A DNA stretch of 64,000 bases from Balanoglossus misakiensis (Eukaryota > Animalia > Hemichordata): contig CM082589.2 of the NCBI GenBank assembly GCA_040954595.2, forward strand, positions 7,820,232 through 7,884,231, in the 5' to 3' direction. Made by a program: the position numbers and the translations under genes. Shown here piece by piece: positions 14,301 to 26,300 of this stretch. The notes beneath the pieces are model-generated. The model did not search any database. It saw only the letters and a list, made by a program, of their open reading frames with translations, and was not told the DNA's origin. Every line of letters starts with the position of its first letter. The stretch's first letter is position 1.

Positions 14301-17300
14301 GAACGTTTTTCATAGGTACTCTCCCAACCCTGAGTGGGGGCATAACCCCAACAGAAGTCAAATTCTACAACAATTATTTCTACGAGTTCAGCACCGCCAC
14401 AGCTAATCTGGCTGACGCTAAACAGTATTGCCTAGACAGATATGGCTACCTCGCTAAAGCTGATGAGATTGCTGAGCAACATTTCCTACGTGCGTTCATC
14501 GCAACTCCGGATGGGGATCCCCTTGAGAAATACTGGGTGGATTATTCTGGAAGCTTCAACACTGTGCACGGAATATACAGTAATAGTGAATTGCTGTTTT
14601 CACAGTTACTTGAAAGTGATCTTCACAGATATGTCTGCAAGTATGGTGAAGGTGAGAAGATATGTTTCACTTTGTGTTTGGCTAAAGTTCTCTTTTCCTG
14701 GAAACTGATCAAGTGCATTTGAAAGAAATAACTATGACCATATTGCTTGTACATGACCACATTCCAAGGAGTTACTGTAAAACGGGAAATTTTCACGACC
14801 GATAAATTTTTGCGAACTACAAAAGCACCAAAAAAGCGTGAAAATAAAAATTTGCATAAAAACATCTTTCAGAAATAAAGATTCAGTGAAGTACGAGAAG
14901 GTGAAAGTTAATTGTTGCTTAAAAGGTGCCGCTTTTGATATCGTAAAAATTTCATGTCGCAAAAGTTTCCTGTTCTACAGTACATATTGCTGGGGTCCTG
15001 TAAACAAAGCTCTGATTTCACTGTAAAAATATCTAGAAATACTAGTGGTGTGTTGTGTACATGTATTTATACAACACATTATCTAATTTGCATACAGCAA
15101 GTTATCTAATTTGCATACAACACATTATCTAATTTGCATATATACATTATCTAATTAGCATACAAAACATTATCTAATTTGCATACAGTGTCGGTGTCCA
15201 AGGAGTCTCTGCCATCATATCCACTCTGGTCTTCGACAAACTTTGAGATGGTCTGCACTATCACCAGTAATCCCACACCCATTGTTAAATGGTACAAGGA
15301 TGGCGTCGAGATGGTCTGGAATCCTCCTGTTGGGAATGTCGCATCTCTAGTGGCCGATCCAAGGTTCACCTGGGATACAAGCGTTCCTAATGTGCATAAA
15401 TTAACCATAGCATCTGATTTTGTATTGGACGACCTTGCAACCTACAGGTGTGAAGGCGACAATGATTATTTCACAGCTTTTGAAGAACATAATCTTCCTC
15501 CAGGTAGGAACGGGTATACAACTCTTTGTTTGTATTGCAATCAATTCCAATCTTTGTGGTACATTTGTACTTATTATTCAGATCAGATGATAGATTTATG
15601 ACGCAGACAAACAGAACACAATGTGACAGAGAAAGAGAAAAACATAAGAGAATTGATACACTAAATATATGTATGAAGTAGAATCAAAAGCGACTTAAAA
15701 TAGGAAAACTAGAAATATTAAAATAAGATAATTTTTTCACCCAAAATCAACATGCATCTTTGATATTTTATTGAAGATTGAAATATGTCATCAATTAAAA
15801 ATATGCTAAAAGTGGCAGCTATCCGGCTTTTAAATCAAATTATGATAATTATGTCATTCTGATTAAATACCTGGTTGTTTATTCTCATGACATTGTACTT
15901 GACCTTTTTTCGCACAGGTACCTTCCCTCATCTCCTAGTAAGACACTCTGGTGACTTTGCATTTGGCGTTGGCAATGACATTGAATTGATTTGTGAAGCC
16001 GCGTGCTATCCACATGCCAGTGTACATTGGGAGAAGGGTGACAACAATGTCACCGATAATTTACCGCATGTGGAGATTGTCGAGTCAACTCCAAACGAGA
16101 CGTCCAACATCATCACACTCACTTTGAAAATAAACGATCTGGTAGCAACTGATGTCGGCTTGTATAAGTGTGTTGTTGAGAACGAGAAAGGGCCGAGTGG
16201 GATCACGTTTGAAATTCCAGCAGGTATGTACAATCAAGGAGAGTTTTTTTCTGATAATTGAAAAAAAGACAATGTTATGTTAATCCCAGCTTAAGTGGTT
16301 ATTGACCCGATCTATGATAGAACACTAGTACTGCAGAACCATGTGTAGGGAGTGTCTCAAGTTCTTTCTTTCCTTCTATCAAATGTCATGGCATCAAGAA
16401 AAAAATAAAATAAAAAAGCAGCTCTTAGAAATTCTTAAAGGTACTGGAATCAAGTCTTTGATATGGTTACAGAGAAATTGTATATGTAGTCACAAAGTCT
16501 AATTGAAATAGTCAATCCAAGGCCATATTTATATTTATGTTGATTGAAGAAAACCAAGCAATAATATTCTCCTATTCTCCGTCAAGTAATGCTTCTTCCT
16601 GTGATTTGCAAGGATGAAGGGGAACAAAACTTTAATACAATGAAAATAATGAATTTTTTTAAATAACAAAATGAGATGATAATACTGAAAATATTGTTGA
16701 TTGATTTTCAGATGGTGATGTTTCTGATAACCGAGATTTATCACTCTCATGGTATGCTGTGGATAAACTTGTAAGTTTGCTTATTCATTAGAGTCAGGAA
16801 ACTTGGCATTTGATTACCACATTTCTTATTTTTCTATTGCTTTCTGCCCATTTTCCCTGTGTCTCGACCTAGTTATTTTCACTCTCTAAATTAAAAGCTG
16901 CCCAGTTGATGATAATGACAATTTACTTTGTAGCATAAAACTCCTAACTTTTTGTTTGTACATGTATAATACTTTACTTGCCAAAATAAAATAGCTCATG
17001 AGTGACCTTGTCTGTTGTCATGGTTCAGTATGTACAAAAAATATGAAATAATAAATTTTATGGGTACGTACCCATATATTTTCGTAAACACAAATAGTGC
17101 GACGTAAACGTGATGTCATACTATGTACTTTTTCAATATGAAGAAGTTGAGCAAATTTGCATAATATCAGACAAATTTAAATATTGAACATGCATGCGAT
17201 GAACATTTTTATTGTTTTGGATACATGTTTTACTGGAAAGGACATCAGCTGTAACTTCTGGCTTTATTTCCAGTATTTTTGTTTTGTTTATCAAATGCTA

Positions 17301-20300
17301 TGTTTTGCAAACTCCAAACCCCGGAAGTAAAAACCGAACACTTCTTATAATGCAAGAAATGCATCAAGCATTAGGAAGGTTTGAAGGCGTACTTCTCCTA
17401 AAGAGTCATATTTTCCTTTAATTTTTCCTTCATTTTAACATCTAGAAATATCATAAAAAGTCAAAAAAGTGCACATATTATTTGTTCTTTACTTACTCAG
17501 GTTGTCGAGAATGAAACAGGATCATCTGTTATAGCTCAAGTCAGCGCTACAGTTGATGCGGATGAGAACAGATCACTTGCTGATGATGAACTTGTTGTTG
17601 GGGAGAATTTCTTGAAGAAAGTGGAAGATCTTAGTAATATCAAGGGAAGCAGAGATGGTGATCTGGACATTAATCTCAAGGTATGATCTAGGTTTAAAGC
17701 CTCTAGAGCTGTCATTTTGTGCATTACTTTCATGATTTTATTTTCCAACTTAAATTGGTCCATCTATATAAAGCTTATTGATACATGAACATCTCATTGA
17801 CGCTCAATCGTGGCTGTATGTAGCGATTTGATCACGCTATATATTAAACAGGTGCTGCACCCTTTTAATCAGCCTCAATACAAACAGTAGGCTATCGTTG
17901 TATGCGTCTCATACAGACTATCACCTTCACTTTAATTTTTTAATGCTCTCCTTGCAGAATGTTCATAACATTGCATTATTTTCACGATTTTATTTTCCAA
18001 CTTAGATTGGTACATCGAAATAAGCATACTGATAGGTATACATGAACATCTCATCGACGCCTGATTGTGGCTGTATATGTAACACTTAGTTTAATGCTTT
18101 CCTTGCAGAATGTTCTGAACATAGCAAGAGGATTGGTAGCTAGTCACCAAGACCATCAGGTTGGTGAAAAAATTTGGTGGTAAAGTTGACTACTTTTCAC
18201 CAAACGCTAATAGGTATTTGGTACGGATATAAGACCTCTCAGGTGAAAATAAGCATATTTGGGTGAAATAATTAATTACCTCGCGATTATTTCCTGCCAA
18301 TTATGCTAATTTTCACCTGAGAGGTCTTAAATCCTCAACCAAATACCCTCGCTACCCATTTATAACCTCTAATCATTCAATAGCCATTCAATTTTTATTA
18401 GTCTTTTGGATTTTATTTTTCACTGTCACCATGGTAACATGGTAGTTAGGTAAAATAATGCAGATCATGCATTTTCACTTAAAATTTGTTGTATGACAGG
18501 CAGTTGATTTCAAATTTTTCAGATTGCTTTCCATAAACGGTCTCTCACAGAACTGCATCACTGTTATTTTGAACCTCATTTATTATAAAAAAGTTATAAA
18601 AATCTAAATGCACAAAACAGGCACAAGATGCAGCAGCATATGTGTGAATAACTAAGAGAAAAATACAACTGTTGATTTAATAGTTGTGTACATGTAGATA
18701 ACATTTAAATTGATGGATTTTGTTTGTTCAAAAACTAGTAGAGAAATGCTGAAAGCAGCCAGAAAATAAGGGGGGGGGGTATGGTTTGATCCACTTCTCA
18801 TATGCATTTCTGTTCTCTTCTGTGCCCAGAAAAGTAAGATAGCAAAGATATTCTCTGTTTTTGTAAGAAAAATTAAATTAGGCATTTTAAAGGTGTACAG
18901 TCACCTCCAATTTACATTTTTTTTACATACGCCCATATATGGCTAAAATGGCGTATTTGAGCGTTCTAAAGAACATATGGTGGCGCTCTTTTTTCACGTG
19001 TGCCACCCACTGAAAATCTGTGATTGGCTAGATCTCAATTTACCATGGTAACTATAGCTCATTTTCCATAGGTGACCGTATACCTTTTAATGGAAAGTCT
19101 CAGAACATATTTAGTAGAGTGTGTATATCATTTATATGTGTTGCATGTTTGATGTTTTCAGACGCAGTCCAGAAGTCTTGATGTCATCCTCAGTGCTGAG
19201 ATCATCTACACACAGACAGCAGTTACACTGCAGAATGGAACAGATATTTATATTGCTTTGCAAGGAGCAAGTAAGTCATCTTTGGTCAAATGGGACCACA
19301 GTGTCCTTGACGCTATGTTTGTATACCTCAGTCTGTAGTCAAAGTTCATATTATAATTTACTGTAAAACCTGTCTAACTCGAACCCTGGCCAATGTAGAA
19401 ACCTATAGTATACCGAATATCTTTTATGGTCCCTGTTATATAGACCTACAATATGTTAAAAGAACCAGACACCTCTGCAAACCGAAAAATTTCTTTGATA
19501 CCTTTGGTGTCCTGCTTTAACAAGTTTTACTGTATACATGTATGTATAAAAGATTTTTATGACAAGTAAAATTGAAGTATACAACACAGCTTTTTCTTAT
19601 GGTTTCAAAAACAATGAATAGAATAAAGTACAGTGCAACCTGTCATTACAGACACCTCTCTATTAAGGACAGATTTTCTGGTCCCAGAAATAGGCAGGTT
19701 TCACTGTAATCTTTTCATGTCTTCATAAATTTTGTGCAACCAGATTCCAGGGTGATTTCAACATACGTGACAACAACAACCGAACTGTCGGCTACATTCG
19801 ACAATGTACTTGGACCAGAGAGCACACAGAGCAGTGATGATGATGGCAACACTTCAAGTTACACTGACGGCCGACAAAATAGCATTGAACTTGACAGTTT
19901 GCGCCTTCAAAGTCGATATTTGGGTAAATACATGTACATCTTTTTGTCATGAAAGTAATATGACAGTTAAGCTGTAACTGTTGGTATTTATCATATTCTG
20001 TGTGTCAACATTTTAAAGGTGCAAAGTCGTCCTTTTCTGTTACAAAGTATCAGATGTCCAAATACCACTTTAACTTATGAACTCCCATTTCTTAAACATG
20101 GCAAAAATCGGCCATCTTGAAATTGTGTCGACCATGTGAGATTTTTATCACTCACCTAGGTAGCAAAAACCTATTTAAGGTAGGGAGAATTCAGATCGCT
20201 AAATGTTTTAGAGAAAGTAAGCTTTCTGTTGTACAATGATAGAACTTAATTTGTGAAGCAGTCTAATCGGTGTCTGTTGCATTCTGTAGGTGCCAGTGTA

Positions 20301-23300
20301 ACCTTTTCAACATTGTACTTCAATGATATCAAAACAGCCATTGTGAATGATAGAAAAAGGAGAAGGTAAGACCAGTTGTATTACATGTATGCTGGTTGTC
20401 TAACATACATGTATTAGAATTTATATGAAGATTGATGATGTATATCCCGATGAGTCCATAGACGAACACTGCCTGTAATTTTAAACTCAGCCCAGTATTT
20501 TGTGGCAATATGGAAATACTCAGTATTCTGCTCATATGTCACTATGACAACTTTATGTGGATGAATAAATTCATGTCTACACTCAATGAAATCTTGAACC
20601 TAAACAATTTTGATATACAGACTCAATACTGTCTTTTATACATCGACTCTACTGCTGTAACCTGAATCGTACAATAACATTCCGTGTTTGTACTCTATTC
20701 AAGTTGGTGTGGGATTAGGGTTTGAACCCAGTAAATGAGGTCTATATTTTCCAGTCTTTGTTTTTCTTCTTCTAATCCATATGAGCAGCATTACTGTACT
20801 GGAACCCCGTGTAAGCACACAAGTGAATTCTGGCGTGATGTCATGTCGTGTTACGGCAGACTCTGACTTGGTAACAGACATACCGATAGAATACAAATTG
20901 GCCAATAAACAGGTGAGCATTATCTTAACATTATGGGGACAAACTTACTGGTCAATTCACTGTCCCATTTTAATGGGACAATTAGTCTCTCTCTTGCTGC
21001 CCTTTTTCAGTGAATCAACGTGTAACCGCACCACCTTCCATCCCGCTTGTAAACACGGGAGTGAAAAAAAGTCCAGCCAAAATGAATAAATGGTCTCTAC
21101 CATGTATTCATTTTGGGCGAAATTTTACTCTCATATCATTCAAGCCAGATGGAAGGTGTGTGTGGTAGAACGTTCACCCACTATATATCAACATTTAGAA
21201 TAACATAAACGGTGTCTTGTATCGAACATAGTTTAATACCGGGAAAAGGGCAGCAAGAGAGAGGCTTTGTCCCTTTAAAGGGAAGGGGTCGTCGCGCCGC
21301 GTGGGTGTCCCCCTTGATGAGAATACGTCCTACCAAACCAGCACAAACCCCACTGCAGTCGCCACGACCTACTAGGATCTTCAGTTGCTGTCATGCCATG
21401 CAGTCTACACTACGGTTGGCTGCTTCATTCATTTAAAGAAAGATTTTATTTCAGGGATTTGTGGGTGAACTGTAATGTTTATAAACAAACAAACGCGGCG
21501 CGACGACCCCTTCACTTTAAAGCACAAACATGTTCATGAGGTACAATGCGTTAAAAGTGACCATGAAAAAGTTTGAATGAGAACGAAATTGTCTCAAATT
21601 TGAAATTCAAAATGGCCGCTGGCATCTCTGTATAACTCTGTGGAGAAACTGTTAAATAAATGTATTGTGATTTAAGAAAACCAGACAGTGAACTCTCTCT
21701 TTTTGTCTTTATTTATGTGGCTATTTTAGTATTAGAAACCAATACACCACCGCAGGTTTATCCAATAGTTATCTGACGTTTCGTGTATTGTATCCATATT
21801 TTGCAGGAATTTATTTTTTTTGCTAAGCGGAATGCTTGGTTGTTAAACATTGAACAATTTCTGATATCTGTGTTGAATTGACAGGATGTTATTGCTGAGA
21901 ATATTGATACGACAAAAGAAGTTGGGAAGAGATTGATCTATTCGCGGGAACTGACCACTCAAATGGAGGCTATGTGTAGATTCTGGAATTATGCAAATGA
22001 GTAAGTATGCTGAAGAGCAGATTTATGGCCCATGAGCTGCAACTGGATAAAAAAAATTAAGCTTTTAATAATTTTGGATATGCTTTTTATTCTATCTATG
22101 AAATTGTACTGCCTGATAGTATATCACAATAACACTTATTTATGACATAAAGGCTCAAAAATCAAGGATCAAGGAAATATCAGTACAGCCCTTTAGACTA
22201 GGATTGAAATAACGTCTGCTACTGGTGTGATTTGAACCAGCCGCCATTTTGAACTTGGCTTAGTGGCCAAGCAATGTAAAATCACCGAGTGAAGTCACCC
22301 TTGAAACAATTAGTTTGAGTCAATTATTTCAGAATTCCATGGAGATGAAGTTTTCAAAGATAGGCAAGGTTTCATATACGAGTTGAGTTATATGAATGCA
22401 CACAGAGAATGAGAACAATGACCACTGTACTGTATTTATAGTCCATCAAAACCTTGAACTCTGATAAAAGAAATTATTGACGATGATGGCGTGTGTATTG
22501 TCTGTTTCCTTTTAACCCTTGGTGATGAAATTGTTATATTGTTTTGTTGCCATAGTGACTGGGATGATGATGGTCTTCATCTGACAGAGACTGAAACGGA
22601 TGAAGGAGAAACCGCTTGTTATTCAACTCACACAACCAATTTTGCTGTACTCATGCAAGTTACAGAAATTGAGGTAAATCTAAGTCAAAAGTTGCCAAAA
22701 GAGGGGGACTCAAATTATTTTGTGTAATTCTTCAATATCCAATGACGTCAGACGGGCTCAGGCGGCAGTTACGTCGGCATTCAAATTTCCAGATGACGGG
22801 CAACTTCAGCAACATGGCGCAGACTGTGCAGACGAAATGCAATGAGGCTGATGAGGCACCATACCCGATACATGTTACATGTCTGGCGGTTTTAAAGTAA
22901 AAACATACTCGGAATTTTTTTTACTGGATGCCGAAATATTGCTTGCCCGTCACCTGGAAATGACAACGCCGTGGGTCACATGGCCAGATCACGTGATTGA
23001 TAGTAAAGAAGTGGAGGACACTGAAATTGCACCTGTTTGATTATTTCCATGGTTTCCAAGGTGATGCAGACACTGTTTCACTTTGAGAGAGGCATAGACT
23101 GGCAATAATTCATCAGCATTCAGGCTTGAACAAACTAAAGTGTAATTGTCAATTTTGACATTTTTATTTTTTATCAATGGATTTAGATTTCATCTACAAA
23201 TGCCAAAGCACTGGAAATTATCACGTATATTGGATGTGGTATCTCCATAGCAACACTTCTATTCACAATCATCTTATTCCAGTGGTTAGAGTAAGTTACT

Positions 23301-26300
23301 TATTTCTAGTTGATGTTGTATTACATGTATATGTACCAGGTATATTAAAGAGAGTCAGTCAGTCAGTCAGAGATACTGATAGAAAGGCTGGCTGACAAAC
23401 AGACAGACAAAGTAATTCAGACAACCAAACAGACAAACGGACAGAGACAGACAGACAGACAGATAGTCAGTCAGTCAGTCAGTCTAACAGACAATTCAAA
23501 ATGTCAACAACAAAAATGGTCATAGATGTGCCATGCTTGGGTTTTGTAGAAATAATGACATCAAAATGGACAGGAGTATGAATGAGGGAGAGGTTCTTCT
23601 TATGCAGAAGAAAACAGCTGAATCTGGTGCAGATGGGTGGGGGAGGGGAATGAATTGTATCGGTTGATGGAGACTGTGAGCTGAAAATTTCAGGTTGATT
23701 AAATACAGCGGCATTCTAAGAGATTTATAAGAATCAAATTCTTAGGGGATAATGAGTAGACTAATATTGATACAATGTATGTCCCTAACCCTAAAATGCA
23801 ATAACCACACATACAATGAAGTTGTGCATTGCATCTGTTTCAGTACCTTGAGATCGGAACGTACCACCATTCACAAGAATCTGATCATTGCTATCATATT
23901 GGCACAAGTTGTATTCCTAGCTGGCATCAATGCTACACACAACTGGGTAAGTTCATGTCATAGATTCTTAATCTTTCTAAAAACGTATGTAGAATTTGAT
24001 AGTTGATGGAAAGTTTTGGTTGAAAAGCATATTGACCAATTCGTGAAGGAGGAAATACTGTAGAATGGGAAATTTTCGCGAACGATAAATTTTCGTGAAC
24101 GTCGCGAGAGCCAAGAAAATGTTAAAATAAAAAGTCGCGTAAAATGATCTGCAAAGGTGACGATGAAGTTAGTGCAAAACGAAAAAGGGCAAACTAGTCG
24201 CGTAACGGTTGCCTCTTTTGATATCGCGAAAATTTCCTGTCATGACAATTTCCCGTTTTACAGTATGCTGCAAAGTGTTTATCAAATTCTTGTGTCGTTC
24301 ATCACACTCATGCACAGTTTCCATTTTTGTGCTGATTCAAACAAAATACATTTATTCGTTTAAAGCCTGTGAATTGTTACCTGAGCAGATGGTGTAAAAT
24401 ATTTTCAATTGTACTTTATTCAACCCTTATTCCACACCAGGTGGCTTGTATGTGTGTGGCTATCATTCTTCACTTCTGTTACCTGGCTGTGTTCACCTGG
24501 ATGTTAGTGGAAGGTATACACCTGTACAGTAAAGTTGTACAGGTGTTCGGAAGTGAAACAAGCAAATTAAAGTACTATGTGCTGATTGGCTGGGGAGTAC
24601 CGCTTGTGATTGTAGCAATATCTGCAGCAGCCAATTACAAGGGTTATGGAACCGAGAAACAGTGAGTAAAACAATACCTCATTCTTGCTGCCCTTTTTCC
24701 ATTAATTATGTTCGATACAAGACACCATTTATGTACATGTGTACATGTAGTGAATCAAGTACGTTCAACCATACACAACTTCCATCCCGCTTGTAGATAC
24801 GAGAGTGAAAAAAAACTTGTTAAAATGAATAACCAGTCTTTACCATTTATTCATTTTGGGCGAATTTTTACTCTCATATCCTACAAACGGGATGGAAGTT
24901 GTATGTGTTTGAATGTTGATTCACTATATATAAACAGTGTCTTGTATAGTCTTGTATCAAATATTATTGATGGAAAAAGGACAGCGAGGGAGAGATTTCG
25001 TCCCTTTAACTAATAAACAGTAAAATGTGTATATTGTCCTAACATGCATGGATGAAATAAGACTTTTAACCGAAAAGATTTTGTTTTTTTCCCTGAAGTT
25101 GTTGGCTGGACATTGCTAGTGGCCAGATTTGGTCATTTGTAGCACCTGCTTTGCTGATCATAGTGGTCAACTTGGTGGTACTGGGTATGGTTGTAAGAAT
25201 TGTTATCAATTCTGCCAAGATGCAGAAAGAGAAAGAATATGATCACATCAAGTAAGTCACTTTTGGTCATGAAATTTGGGGCAATGTTTAAATTTTGAAA
25301 TTAATCCAATATACTGTTTCAATTCAAATGAACTTGCGACCTAATGGAGCGTTTGATTGCATTCGAATGTGAATTTTTCAGAGAAAATGTTTTATCTGAC
25401 CTGTAGTTTTCTGGACTTACATTTTGTGCTGATGCAGTGAATTGCAGGCAACTATGTTTACGTTTTAATATCCGATGAGAGGTCACACTAGACTAATAAA
25501 CAGTACAGACATTTTAGTCATTTTGGCAAGGTTTTTACTCTCGTATCTACAAGCGGGATGGAAGTTGCATGTGGTCGAACGTTGATTCACTATATATCCA
25601 CTTGTAAAATAACATAAACCGAGTCTTGTATCAAACATAATTGATGGAAAACGGGCAGCGAGAGAGAGACTTTGTCCTTTTTAATAAGTAAATCTGCAGA
25701 TAATGAAGCATATTATTATTTCAAAAGACGTATTTCACATCAGTGTCACACAGTGTCAAAATTACAAATGAAACGTTTTGAACTAAAAAGCCAAGTTGCA
25801 TCACATAGTTGTGAAGATTACACCAAAGTTCTGGTAGACACTGCAGTCGGATCTAAAGATTTCCTTGGGTCAAACGTTGTTTCCCTTTTGTATTCCCACA
25901 GAGCTGGCGTCAAAGGGGCCCTGGTACTGTTACCTATTCTTGGGCTGACCTGGGTCTTTGGTTTGTTTGCTGTTGATGAAGGCTCATTGGTTTTCCAGTA
26001 CCTCTTTGCAATCTTCAACTCTTTGCAAGGATTCTTCATATTCTTATTCCAGTGTGCATTCAACTCAGAGGTAGGTCATTTCAAATTGGAGAGAGCTCAA
26101 GTAGCGCTGTCTGCTTATTAGGACACCATTGGGACCAGAAAGTCTGTCCTTAATAGAAAGGTGTCCTTAAACCATGTGACTTGCTTTTGTCTTGAAAATC
26201 TGTCTTCAATATAGAGGTGTCCTGGTTAGATGATTAGCATGTGTTCATAATGACAGGTTTCACTGTAGAAGTAATAAAAGATGATACAGTTTACTCAGCA

